Below, in pieces: positions 17,227 to 26,380 of a stretch of DNA of 64,000 bases (its first letter is position 1; each line of letters begins with the position of its first letter). Origin of the DNA: an uncultured Coxiellaceae bacterium (GTDB lineage Bacteria; Pseudomonadota; Gammaproteobacteria; DSM-16500); NCBI GenBank assembly GCA_964578975.1, contig CAZOFA010000001.1:4111-68110 (forward strand). Direction: 5' to 3'. The notes under the pieces are model-generated. The model was not told the origin of the DNA. It saw only the letters and a list, made by a program, of their open reading frames with translations, and did not search any database. A program made the position numbers and the translations under genes.

Positions 17227-18261
17227 ATGACGACCCCCTCTGATTTAGAAAACACCATTAACAAACTCGCTCAACGTGGCAAAGGTATTCTTGCTGCTGA
17301 TGAAAGTGGCGCCACGATCGGCAAACGTTTTGCCGCACTCAACATTGAATCCACGGAAGAAACTCGCCGCACCTATCGTGACATGTTAATCACCACGCCC
17401 GGCATCAATGAATTTATTGCGGGCGTTATTTTGTTCGAAGAAACCTTAAATCAAAAAACACTGGATGGCACACCATTTCCAGAAAAATTAAAACAATTGG
17501 GCATTTTACCGGGCATTAAAGTCGATAAAGGTTTAGTGATGTTGCCCAACACGGCAGATGAACAATTCACCCAAGGTTTAGATGGTCTTGCTGAACGACT
17601 CGCTGACTATAAAAATAAAGGGGCTTGTTTTGCAAAATGGCGTGCCGTTTATAACATCACACCCAATACACCGAGCACGCTTGCGATCAAAACGAATGCG
17701 GAAGGTCTTGCGAGTTATGCAGCACTGTGTCAAGCGCAACAGATTGTGCCGATTGTTGAACCTGAAGTGTTAATTGATGGTGATTATAATTTAGAACGCT
17801 CTATGGAAGTCACAGATAAAGTGTTACATGCTGTATTTAACGCATTATATCGTCATAAAGTTAAACTTGAATACATGGTGTTGAAACCAAGCATGGTGAT
17901 TAGCGGTAAAAAACATGCAAGCAAAGCATCGGTCGAACAAGTCGCTAAAGCCACCATCACCGTTTTGCGTCGCAACGTTCCAGCGGCTGTTCCTACCATT
18001 AATTTTCTCTCAGGCGGTCAGTCGTCTGAAGATGCAACCGCGCACTTGAATGCCATGAACGCACTGTCATCGCATCTTCCCTGGAATGTTAGCTATTCTT
18101 ATGCACGTGCACTACAAGATTATGCGATGAAAATTTGGCAAGGGGACAATAAAAATATTCCACTCGCACAAAAAGCATTTTATCAACGTGCAAAATTAAA
18201 TAGTTTAGCAGCGATTGGGAAATATGCGCCTTCCATGGAGAAGGAAACGTCAATTGCTTAA
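17227..18261 (+). CDS. fba: Fructose-bisphosphate aldolase, class I (eukaryotic-type, Schiff-base)
   Basis: GILAADESGATIGKRF and the Schiff-base lysine context LEYMVLKPSMV. I prefer ATG 17227 (MTTPSDLEN), which is preceded by aagga, over the longer track start at 17173. Confidence 0.9.
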   Translation: MTTPSDLENTINKLAQRGKGILAADESGATIGKRFAALNIESTEETRRTYRDMLITTPGINEFIAGVILFEETLNQKTLDGTPFPEKLKQLGILPGIKVDKGLVMLPNTADEQFTQGLDGLAERLADYKNKGACFAKWRAVYNITPNTPSTLAIKTNAEGLASYAALCQAQQIVPIVEPEVLIDGDYNLERSMEVTDKVLHAVFNALYRHKVKLEYMVLKPSMVISGKKHASKASVEQVAKATITVLRRNVPAAVPTINFLSGGQSSEDATAHLNAMNALSSHLPWNVSYSYARALQDYAMKIWQGDNKNIPLAQKAFYQRAKLNSLAAIGKYAPSMEKETSIA

Positions 18262-18288
18262 AATTGTTGGCTAAATGGAATTTACCTT

Positions 18289-18549
18289 ATGACAATGAGC
18301 TTAATGAATACGATAGAAGCAAAAGAACAATTTGCTGATTTAATTAATCGGGTCGCCCACAGCAAAGAACGCATTATTTTAACGCGTCGCGGCAAAGAAA
18401 TTGCCGCGATTATTTCCATTGATGATTTACAATTATTATTGGAAATACAAAACAAGCATGATTTGCGTGATGCAATTGATGCGTTAAAAGAAGCGCGCAA
18501 TAGCGGCACAATTTCTTTGGAACAATTAAAAGAAAATCTGAGCACATGA
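18289..18549 (+). CDS. Type II antitoxin, Phd/YefM family
   Basis: 86 aa. EAKEQFADLINRVAHSKERIILTRRGKEIAAIISIDDLQLL is the typical Phd/YefM N-terminal fold. There is a 4-nt ATGA overlap with the downstream toxin ORF. Confidence 0.8.
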   Translation: MTMSLMNTIEAKEQFADLINRVAHSKERIILTRRGKEIAAIISIDDLQLLLEIQNKHDLRDAIDALKEARNSGTISLEQLKENLST

Positions 18550-18782
18550 CCAATCCTTATCATGTAAAAATTGCACCGAAAGCCGCAGAGCAAATTAAAA
18601 TGCTTTCGCCTAAAAGTCGCAAATTAATTTTAAAACTGGTCGAAGCGCTCGCCATTAATCCTCGTCCGCCCGGTGTAAATAAAATCGAAGGAATGACAGG
18701 GCTTTATTCTGAATCGATCACAAATTTTCGTTTGATCTATAAAGTGGAAGAGCAGGAGATTTTGTTGTTGTTGGTAAAATAA
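18546..18782 (+). CDS. Type II toxin, RelE/ParE superfamily (short, possibly C-terminally truncated)
   Basis: 78 aa. ...KIEGMTGLYSESITNFRLIYKVEEQEILLLLVK follows the RelE/ParE beta-sheet pattern (YRIRVGDYRIIYxIdd..i.il.v) but stops before the usual GHR..VY tail. Confidence 0.65.
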   Translation: MTNPYHVKIAPKAAEQIKMLSPKSRKLILKLVEALAINPRPPGVNKIEGMTGLYSESITNFRLIYKVEEQEILLLLVK

Positions 18783-18801
18783 TTTGTGACGCGACAGCCG
18801 T

Positions 18802-19827
18802 TTAATGCAACGTGATACCCACCATTTTTCCAATAAGAAACGTGGCACCGCCTGCGAGACTACCAATCAATAACATGCGCAAACCACTCCACACAGCACT
18901 GCGATTCGTGAAAAGACTTAACAGGCTGCCGATCACAATCAAGAAAAATCCGGTCAACCCAATACTAAAAAAGATCGTGGTATTTTCACTCATGAGAAAA
19001 AACGGCAACAACGGAATAAATGCACCAATGCCGAATGATAAAAAGGATGAAACGGCAGCGCCGATGGGTGATCCTAGTTCTTGTGGATTTAAACCTAATT
19101 CTTCGCGCGCGAGGGTATCAAGTGCTTTTTCTGGATTGCTAATAATCAAATTTGCCATGGCTTTGGCTTCAGCCAGTGGCACACCGCGTGCGCGATAAAT
19201 ACAGGCAAGTTCAGCGGCTTCTTCTTCTGGATAAAGCGACAACTCTTCGCGTTCTAACTCAATTTGATATTCAAAAAATTCGCGTTGTGAACGCATTGAA
19301 ACATATTCACCTGCCGCCATTGAACAGGCGCCCGCGAGCAATCCTGCAATGCCCGATAGCACAATAAAATCATGTTGCGCATTCGCACCTACAATGCCTA
19401 ACAACAAGCTCACGTTGGAAATCAAACCATCATTCACACCGAAAACCGCGGCGCGTAAATTTCCTGCCGTATTTAATCCTTTATGTCGTGATTCTAAATG
19501 TGATGGCGCAGGAAGATTGGACGGCGCGCCGGAATAAATTGACATGCCGCGCACTTTCATCGCCGATAAAATAAATCGCATGGATTGCACGCCAAACAAG
19601 CTAATCAATCCGCCCACTAATTGGGTGCGAAAATTTGGTTTGTGCACTAATGGTATTTGCTCGCCGGATTTTTTTAATTTACTTTCCCAAATTTTTGCTT
19701 GTTTCTCGGCGCCATCGGCTAATTCAAGAAAAAGTTTTTGCCGCGCTGCATCCACTTCACGCTGCGCGATTTTTTGATAAAGATACGCTGAATTTTTTTC
19801 TTCTTGCCAATTTTTTAAAAAAATCAT
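18802..19827 (-). CDS. VIT1/CCC1-family Fe/Mn transporter with an N-terminal ferritin-like (erythrin) domain; MbfA-like
   Basis: FGVNDGLISNVSLLLGIVGA, AGEYVSMRSQRE, C-terminal TM helices, and an N-terminal helical domain YLYQKIAQRE...ADGAEKQAKIWE. Confidence 0.8.
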   Translation of the reverse strand: MIFLKNWQEEKNSAYLYQKIAQREVDAARQKLFLELADGAEKQAKIWESKLKKSGEQIPLVHKPNFRTQLVGGLISLFGVQSMRFILSAMKVRGMSIYSGAPSNLPAPSHLESRHKGLNTAGNLRAAVFGVNDGLISNVSLLLGIVGANAQHDFIVLSGIAGLLAGACSMAAGEYVSMRSQREFFEYQIELEREELSLYPEEEAAELACIYRARGVPLAEAKAMANLIISNPEKALDTLAREELGLNPQELGSPIGAAVSSFLSFGIGAFIPLLPFFLMSENTTIFFSIGLTGFFLIVIGSLLSLFTNRSAVWSGLRMLLIGSLAGGATFLIGKMVGITLH

Positions 19828-19845
19828 CGAAAGCTTCTCCGCAAC

Positions 19846-21642
19846 TTATTCTGCATAATAACAACATCGATCAGTGGATTCATCCATGGTGATAACACTC
19901 TCTTTTTTCTTTTTCGGCCGAAAAATCGTACAGCCTTTCAATCCTAAATTGTAAGCTTGCATGTAAAGATCACTTAATTGCTCAAAAGGAAAATCTTTTC
20001 CGATGATAATTGTTTTTGATACTGCATTATCAACATACGGTTGAATGGCTGCTTGCATGGCTAAATGTTGTTTGGGTAAAAGATTTTTTGCTTCAACCCA
20101 TTGCGGAGGTAGTTGTTCTTTTTTATTTATTTTTCTCCAATGACGTAACGCGTAATCCATGACAGAAAATTTTATTAATTCTCCATTCACATTACGTAAA
20201 GCTCGATCGTAATCCGCACTAAAAATGGGTTCAATGCCATTGGAAACATTGTTGGCTAGTAAACTAATAGTGCCTGTGGGTGCGATGGCATTGTGATGGC
20301 TATTGCGAATTCCGTTTTTCAAAATCGCATTGCGCATGTCTTCCGATAAATTCTGCACGAAATTTCCTTGCGCATATTTCTGTGCATGGAAACCTGCAAA
20401 GACACCCCGTTCCTTCGCCAAATCCATTGATGCTTGCCAGGTTTTTTCCATCACAAATTTCATGAGTTGGTTGGCAAGTTTTAATGATGCTTCATCGCCA
20501 TATTTTAAATTGAGCATGACAAACATGTCGGCCAATCCGGTGACGCCCAGACCAATGCGTCTGGTCGCATACACTTCTTGTTTTTGCATTTTGAGTGGAT
20601 AGTGTGAAATATCAATCACGTTATCTAAAAAACGTGTCGCAACAATGACTGTTTGTTCTATACCATCCCAATCAACAGATGCCTTATTGCTAAAAGGATT
20701 TTGCACGAATTGTGTGAGATTTATCGCGCCTAAATTACATGCACCATTTATCGGCAATGGAATTTCACCGCCCGGATTTGTCGCGCAAATCCATTCGCGA
20801 TACCACAAATTATTTTGTCGATTAATGGTATCTTCAAAAAGCACACTCGGTTCGGTGTGATCGTAGCCTGATTTAATGATTTTTTGCCATAAATCGCGCG
20901 CATTGATGCGACGCACGATGCGACAAGCGACGGGTTCTGCACTGTTGCTCCAATGACGCAAAACAGTATCAGTGGCATCTAGCTCCGCTGCTGGAAAAAT
21001 TAATTCCCAATCACGATTTTCTTTCACGCATTGCATGAAATTATCCGAGACCAAAACAGACACATTAAAAAAACGCAATTCTTGTGGGTCCGCTTTTACA
21101 GAAAGAAATTCTTCAATGTCCGGATGATCACAACGCAACACACCCATCATGGCACCACGTCTCACACCGGTTGATCCCATGATTGCACACATGGAATTCC
21201 AAATACGCATGAAAGAAACAGGGCCAGACGCCGTACCACCTGTTTGTGTGACAGAAAATCCGCGTGGACGTAATGTTGAAAAATCATAACCCACGCCACC
21301 CCCTTGCTGTAGCGTGAATGCGGCTTCTTTGAGTGAGTCAAAAATTCCTGATAAAGAATCTTCTAACAGTGGCATGACAAAACAATTAAACAATGTCACA
21401 GAATGTTTTGTGCCAGCGCCCGCCATAATTCTTCCGCCAGGTAAAAAACGAAAATTTTCTAGCGCTTGATAAAATTTTTCTTGCCAATGAGTTGCATTTT
21501 TTGCTTGCTCGGCTTTTGCAACTGCTTTTGCGACACGTTGCCAAGTTTCTTCAATGCTTTGATCCACTGTTTTTTCTTTTTCGCGATAACGATATTTTTG
21601 ATCCCACACTTTTTCTGAAATCGTTTCTTGAAAAATGCTCAT
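19846..21642 (-). CDS. nrdJ: Class II (adenosylcobalamin-dependent) ribonucleotide reductase, with Gly at the expected thiyl-radical Cys position
   Basis: [34 protein letters not shown], and a C-terminal Cys pair (RCCYYAE). The motif normally written TNPCGE reads TNPGGE (ccg ggc ggt gaa, verified on the DNA). Confidence 0.8.
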   Translation of the reverse strand: MSIFQETISEKVWDQKYRYREKEKTVDQSIEETWQRVAKAVAKAEQAKNATHWQEKFYQALENFRFLPGGRIMAGAGTKHSVTLFNCFVMPLLEDSLSGIFDSLKEAAFTLQQGGGVGYDFSTLRPRGFSVTQTGGTASGPVSFMRIWNSMCAIMGSTGVRRGAMMGVLRCDHPDIEEFLSVKADPQELRFFNVSVLVSDNFMQCVKENRDWELIFPAAELDATDTVLRHWSNSAEPVACRIVRRINARDLWQKIIKSGYDHTEPSVLFEDTINRQNNLWYREWICATNPGGEIPLPINGACNLGAINLTQFVQNPFSNKASVDWDGIEQTVIVATRFLDNVIDISHYPLKMQKQEVYATRRIGLGVTGLADMFVMLNLKYGDEASLKLANQLMKFVMEKTWQASMDLAKERGVFAGFHAQKYAQGNFVQNLSEDMRNAILKNGIRNSHHNAIAPTGTISLLANNVSNGIEPIFSADYDRALRNVNGELIKFSVMDYALRHWRKINKKEQLPPQWVEAKNLLPKQHLAMQAAIQPYVDNAVSKTIIIGKDFPFEQLSDLYMQAYNLGLKGCTIFRPKKKKESVITMDESTDRCCYYAE

Positions 21643-22715
21643 GAAACCTCCTTGGCATGATATTGGCGGCTCAATGAATGCACCGCATCAACTAATACTG
21701 TTACATTTTCAGGTGGCACATCGGGTGTAATGCCGTGACCTAAATTAAAAATATGTCCTGAGCCCGTTCCATATTCCGCTAAAATTCGTGCGACATTTTG
21801 ATAAATTTCGTCTGGTGTTTTGAGTAATAATTCTGGATGCATATTTCCTTGCAACGCGATTTTATTTTTAAGCTGAGCACGTGCTTGACCTAAATGCACT
21901 TGCCAATCCACACCGAGCACGTCACAACCCGTGTGCGCCATCTTTTCGAGCCACTGCGCACCATTTTTGGTAAACAAAATAATTGGAATGCGTCGTCCAT
22001 GTTGTTCGCGAATTAAATTTTCGATGATTTGTTGCACGTAGTTGAGAGAAAATTCTTGATACTGTTGCGTTTCTAACATGCCGCCCCACGTGTCAAATAT
22101 CATCACCAGATGAACGCCTGCTTTGATCTGCGCATTTAAATGTTCTGCAACCGATTGTGCTAATCGATCGAGTAAGGTATGGAGTAAGCGTGCATCTTCG
22201 CGCAGCAACGCGCGAATCATGGGAAATTCTTTATGCGCGCGACCTTCCACCATATAAGTTGCGAGGGTCCATGGACTACCACAAAAACCGATTAAAGGAA
22301 CCCGTCCGGCTAACTCGTGTTGAATCATGCGGATTGCATCTAAGACATATTTTAATTGAGTTTCTGGATCAGGCACTGAGAGCGCTGTGATATCGCTGGC
22401 AGATTTAAGCGGTCTTTCAAATAGGGGGCCGGATCCTTCCACAACTTGCAGTCCGAGTCCCATCGCATCGGGAATAGTTAAAATATCAGAGAAAACAATG
22501 GCGGCATCGAGCGGGAAACGTTTCAGTGGTTGAAGGGTCACTTCGCAGGCTAATTCGGGTGTTTTACACAACGTCAAGAAACTACCGGCGCGTTGACGTG
22601 TTGCGCGATATTCGGGCAAATAGCGGCCAGCTTGGCGCATAATCCAGATGGGCGTCTGATCGATAGGCTCATGCGCAATGGCTCGAAGCACGCGATCATT
22701 TTTTAATTCAATCAT
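21639..22715 (-). CDS. hemE: Uroporphyrinogen decarboxylase
   Basis: N-terminus [43 protein letters not shown] and [16 protein letters not shown]. Confidence 0.95.
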   Translation of the reverse strand: MIELKNDRVLRAIAHEPIDQTPIWIMRQAGRYLPEYRATRQRAGSFLTLCKTPELACEVTLQPLKRFPLDAAIVFSDILTIPDAMGLGLQVVEGSGPLFERPLKSASDITALSVPDPETQLKYVLDAIRMIQHELAGRVPLIGFCGSPWTLATYMVEGRAHKEFPMIRALLREDARLLHTLLDRLAQSVAEHLNAQIKAGVHLVMIFDTWGGMLETQQYQEFSLNYVQQIIENLIREQHGRRIPIILFTKNGAQWLEKMAHTGCDVLGVDWQVHLGQARAQLKNKIALQGNMHPELLLKTPDEIYQNVARILAEYGTGSGHIFNLGHGITPDVPPENVTVLVDAVHSLSRQYHAKEVS

Positions 22716-22854
22716 GGGTACGGTTACCTATTCTTATCTTTTGGCTGTTCAAGATCTTTATTGTCCTGCGATCGTTTGTACCATGCAACAGGCTTTGCAT
22801 GAAGAACCATTTAGAGATACGATTAGCCTTTTAACACACAAAAGGAAGATAGCT

Positions 22855-23430
22855 ATGCAAAAACAAATTTTGGCCGTTGCATTAACCAGTCTCTGTTTAA
22901 TGGGCGTGACGGCTTGCCAACAAAAACCAGCGAATGATGACAACAAAACAACGGCTGAAGCCATTAAAGCGCCAGATGCAACCACGCAAACCACGACGCA
23001 GACGACAACAACCGCTGCGAATGCCAATCCAACGACAACCGAAGCCACCCCGCAAAGCAACGTCGCGACAACAACCTCCACCACCACGTCAACTGACCCC
23101 AGTGGAAATGCGACGACCACTTCAACGTCGGTGACAGCACCCACACCAGGAACACCGGCCGCAACAGCACCTGCAGCTCCTGCAGCACCAGGCATGCCCG
23201 CACCAGGTGATGCCACCACCCAGAATGGCGCCGCGGCACCCGCACCCGCAATGAGTGGTTCCATGCCACCAGCACCCAACTCTACCAGCGTCACCACAAC
23301 AACACCGCCGGGTAGCACAACCAATACGACAACAACAGTGACAACACCGACTGCAGCACCAGCACCGGGAACAGCTCCTACTCCAACTGTGTCAGGCACA
23401 ACCCCTGTTCAACCTGCTCCAGGTCAATAA
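22855..23430 (+). CDS. Lipoprotein with a long Thr/Pro/Ala-rich (mucin-like) low-complexity region
   Basis: MQKQILAVALTSLCLMGVTAC is a signal peptide plus lipobox (L-M-G-V-T-A-C). ATG 22855 is preceded by aaaggaag. The remainder is nearly all T/P/A/N/S. The track's start at 22678 overlaps hemE and is rejected. Confidence 0.75.
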   Translation: MQKQILAVALTSLCLMGVTACQQKPANDDNKTTAEAIKAPDATTQTTTQTTTTAANANPTTTEATPQSNVATTTSTTTSTDPSGNATTTSTSVTAPTPGTPAATAPAAPAAPGMPAPGDATTQNGAAAPAPAMSGSMPPAPNSTSVTTTTPPGSTTNTTTTVTTPTAAPAPGTAPTPTVSGTTPVQPAPGQ

Positions 23431-23493
23431 AAATTTCAATCCGATCACTTTCCTTCGAGCGTCGCTTCGCGACCTTCGAAGGGGTGAGCGTAT

Positions 23494-23597
23494 GTCATTG
23501 CGAGTCTTTTACCCGTCATTGCGAGCGTAGCGAAGCAATCCAGGTTTTCTTGATCGACACACAAACCTGGATTGCTTCGCTGCACTCGCAATGACGA
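23494..23597. repeat. Family-B composite palindrome (gtcattgcgag...cgaagcaatccagg / cctggattgcttcg...ctcgcaatgac); long hairpin between convergent genes
   Basis: Arms cgtcattgcgagcgtagcgaagcaatccaggtt (23514-23546) and aacctggattgcttcgctgcactcgcaatgacg (23564-23596), plus an extra partial gtcattgcgag at 23494. Lies between the lipoprotein gene and aroK, so it probably also acts as a bidirectional terminator. Confidence 0.85.
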
Positions 23598-23605
23598 TAG
23601 GCGTT

Positions 23606-24172
23606 CTACTTGCGACGCAACCAATGAATAATTTCATCCGCCACAGCGTGTACGCTTCTTTTATCGGTTAACACACGAAAATCCGCCATTCCTTGATAAA
23701 GAGGTTCACGTTCTTCCTGAAGTATTTTTAATATTTCATTGCGATTTTTGACGCGCAATAACGGTCTTCGACTTTCATTTAACGTTCTGGCACTTTGATA
23801 ACGCAGGGATACCTCAAGATAAACAACGACACCATGTTGTTGCAACGCAGTACGTGAGTTCTCTGAGAGAATAGTGCCGCCTCCCGTCGCTAAAATGATG
23901 TTAGACATCGTCGCTAATTCAGCGACAACCGCTTCCTCACGTTTACGAAACCCAGGCTCGCCTTCTAAATCAAAAATCCAACCAATATCCACACCCGTTC
24001 TTTTTTCGATTTCTTCATCCGTGTCAAAAAAATCCATGTTTAGTTGAGCCGCTAAATATTTTCCAACACTGCTTTTGCCTGCGCCCATCGGCCCAATCAA
24101 AAAAATGTTGTTATGTTTTTTTTTCACCGCGAGTCCCCTTGCTTTCTGTTTTGAAAGTTTAATGAAAGCCAC
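23606..24172 (-). CDS. aroK: Shikimate kinase
   Basis: Walker A IFLIGPMGAGKSSVGKYLA and LATGGG. Sits downstream of pilQ as in many gammaproteobacteria. The N-terminal roughly 20 aa may be over-extended; an internal GTG start is possible. Confidence 0.9.
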   Translation of the reverse strand: MAFIKLSKQKARGLAVKKKHNNIFLIGPMGAGKSSVGKYLAAQLNMDFFDTDEEIEKRTGVDIGWIFDLEGEPGFRKREEAVVAELATMSNIILATGGGTILSENSRTALQQHGVVVYLEVSLRYQSARTLNESRRPLLRVKNRNEILKILQEEREPLYQGMADFRVLTDKRSVHAVADEIIHWLRRK

Positions 24173-24206
24173 GGGCTAGATCAAACGATAATTGGCTCTT
24201 TTCTGG

Positions 24207-25361
24207 TTACGTAATAATTTTGGGTGTGACGAAAATCAGCAGCTCTCTTTTGTTTTCTAACCAATCATGTTGTTGAAAAAGCAATCCGACGACTGGGATT
24301 TTATTCATAAACGGAATGCCTTCACTCGTGTGATTTTTATTCGACTCAAAAATGCCCCCCAATACAATCGTTTGCCCATTGCGTACCAGAATATGCGTAC
24401 TGATTTGTCGCGTGGTAATGGCAGGCACACCTTGCACAATGCGAGTACTGGGCCGATCCTGATTCACTTGCAGCGCAAGCAGTACTTTATTATTCGGCAA
24501 TATTTGCGGCGTGACTTTTAAACTGAGCACTGCTTTTTTAAATGCAACACCCGTCGCACCACTTCGACTGATTTCCTGATAAGGGATTTCTTCGCCTGAT
24601 TCAATGGATGCTGTCTGTTGATTGGCGGTAAACAAACTGGGACTTGAAATTAATTCACCGTGGCCAGCATTTTCCAGCGCCGCGAGCTCAACGTCTAACG
24701 CTGCACCATCAGACAAACGTGTCAGACTCAAGCTCGCGGTCGTTGAAAAATGAATCCCTAATTGTCGTTCAAAATCATTGTCGACACTCGCTAAACGCGT
24801 TTCGATTAAAACTTGTTGCACAGGAATATCGACGTGGCGGATGAGATCGTGAATGATGGCTACATTTTTTTCGATATCTTGCAGATAAATTTGATTGGTG
24901 CGTAAATCGACGTGCATCATTCCGCGTTTTGAAAGCAGTGAGTGACTGTTATCTTGCACCAAGCGCGCAATTTCATCCGCGGTCGCATAACGAATTTTAA
25001 AGATGCGCGAAATAAGTGGCGCCGATTCAATCAACATTTCTTGCAGTTTTATTTCATCTTGTTTTTGAGAAATCAATTCTTTTTGCGGCATGATGAACCA
25101 TAAATTATTTTTATTATATTGCACCAACCCTTTTGACTGGAGTATAAAATCGAAAGCTTGATGTGCTGTCATATGGTGTAAATTTAATGAAATCACACCA
25201 TTGACTGCCGGGCTAATGACGATATCTTGCTGTAATTGTTTTGCCAGAATGCGTAATGCATCTTGTAGATTCACGTTTTGTAAATTGAGTGAAATGGGTG
25301 GGCTCGCGAAAACCATATTTATCATCATCAAAAGTAAAAAGCGTAAGACTATTTTTTTCAT
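24207..25361 (-). CDS. pilQ: Type IV pilus secretin PilQ (short form, no AMIN-type N-terminal domains evident)
   Basis: Signal peptide MKKIVLRFLLLMMINMVFA. Secretin C-domain ...RNGQTIVLGGIFESN...GIPFMNKIPVVGLLFQ...RELLIFVTPKII. Confidence 0.85.
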   Translation of the reverse strand: MKKIVLRFLLLMMINMVFASPPISLNLQNVNLQDALRILAKQLQQDIVISPAVNGVISLNLHHMTAHQAFDFILQSKGLVQYNKNNLWFIMPQKELISQKQDEIKLQEMLIESAPLISRIFKIRYATADEIARLVQDNSHSLLSKRGMMHVDLRTNQIYLQDIEKNVAIIHDLIRHVDIPVQQVLIETRLASVDNDFERQLGIHFSTTASLSLTRLSDGAALDVELAALENAGHGELISSPSLFTANQQTASIESGEEIPYQEISRSGATGVAFKKAVLSLKVTPQILPNNKVLLALQVNQDRPSTRIVQGVPAITTRQISTHILVRNGQTIVLGGIFESNKNHTSEGIPFMNKIPVVGLLFQQHDWLENKRELLIFVTPKIIT

Positions 25362-25930
25362 GGGGTTCCTTGTTTATTAAGGTGTATAGCAAACACAGCG
25401 CCAGTGGGAAGTTTTACGATTGAAAGTGTTTCATGCGGCAATTGTAAATAGCCTACAATATGCGGATTCTTTTTTAGATAACGCATGGATGATGTAGACT
25501 GATTATCACACGCATTCAATAAAGATAATTTGATTGAAAAAAACAATTTTCCCTGCTGATTGGTTAACTCAAATTGATTCGCCATAAATGGAAAACATAT
25601 TTCTCTCAAACGCTGAAAAAAATTTTCGATTTGGAAAAACTGCCCACTGAAAATAGTGTCACTCAACAAAACTTCATTATTCTTTTTTGTCGAATCCATT
25701 TTGATTAATGTGAGCCCGCTTGCACGTGATTCTTTAAGCAATCGATCTAACAACATAGTTTGTTGCCAAAATTTTATGTGATGTGACAAGCGCGGCGATT
25801 TTTTTGGCAATAGCGTTTTTGTTTGCATATGTTGTTGATGATGGGCGTCTAAAACACGCTTAATTTGCAGCGCGTTATCAATAACACCCACCAAAATAAT
25901 GATGAATATCAAAATAAATAATCGTTGCAT
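25358..25930 (-). CDS. Pilus assembly protein, PilO-like; the only ORF between pilN and pilQ
   Basis: 190 aa with an N-terminal TM helix (LFILIFIIILVGVI). Call is positional. Start and stop overlap the neighbouring genes. Confidence 0.5.
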   Translation of the reverse strand: MQRLFILIFIIILVGVIDNALQIKRVLDAHHQQHMQTKTLLPKKSPRLSHHIKFWQQTMLLDRLLKESRASGLTLIKMDSTKKNNEVLLSDTIFSGQFFQIENFFQRLREICFPFMANQFELTNQQGKLFFSIKLSLLNACDNQSTSSMRYLKKNPHIVGYLQLPHETLSIVKLPTGAVFAIHLNKQGTP

Positions 25931-25933
25931 GAT

Positions 25934-26380
25934 TTACTCAACAACAAGATAAAACGACTGTGCATGCAGCGAAAATTTTTTTATGCTTGGTTGAGGCAAT
26001 GTTTGAATAAACCGTGAAATGTCATAAGCCGAGCGCATGTGTCCTGAAATCATGATTTGCTTTCCTGTGTACTGTATTTTTATCATTTGTAGAGAATAAA
26101 AATCCATGCGCTCAATTTTTTCGAACACATGAAATAAAGTGTCTTGATTGATTTTCATATTGAATAACGCATTATCATGGCTACTCGTTTTTACAAAGTG
26201 ATTTTGTTTTTTTAATCTTGCCGCATGCGCATTGTCTGATGAAACAACCCAAGCAAACATCACATGCGACATAATAAAAAACATTCCGAGCGCTAAAGCG
26301 ATCATGAATAAATAACGCTGTTGTTTTATTTTTCTTGCATATTGTTCTTGGCGCCAAGGCAACAAATTAATTTCGATCAT
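25934..26380 (-). CDS. pilN: Type IV pilus assembly protein PilN
   Basis: MIEINLLPWRQEQ (the INLLP motif) followed by a TM helix. ATG 26380 overlaps the pilM stop (ATGA). Confidence 0.8.
   Translation of the reverse strand: MIEINLLPWRQEQYARKIKQQRYLFMIALALGMFFIMSHVMFAWVVSSDNAHAARLKKQNHFVKTSSHDNALFNMKINQDTLFHVFEKIERMDFYSLQMIKIQYTGKQIMISGHMRSAYDISRFIQTLPQPSIKKFSLHAQSFYLVVE

Noticed and set aside
18282-18593. 103-aa ORF antisense to the Phd/YefM antitoxin gene
   Set aside because: The sense strand encodes a recognisable antitoxin coupled to its toxin by an ATGA overlap. The antisense product has no features and is Cys/Ile/Phe-rich, as expected from AT-rich antisense DNA.
22678-22854. Upstream extension of the lipoprotein ORF (track start 22678)
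   Set aside because: It overlaps the hemE 5' end on the opposite strand and would bury the lipoprotein signal peptide 59 residues inside the protein. ATG 22855 with aaaggaag upstream is the credible start.
22758-23399. 213-aa minus-strand ORF, plus ORFs 22934-23134 (+) and 22964-23275 (-), overlapping the Thr/Pro/Ala-rich gene
   Set aside because: They are artefacts of GC-rich low-complexity DNA, which lacks stop codons in several frames. Only the + frame starting at 22855 has an RBS and a signal peptide with lipobox. The antisense product is a meaningless V/G/A polymer.
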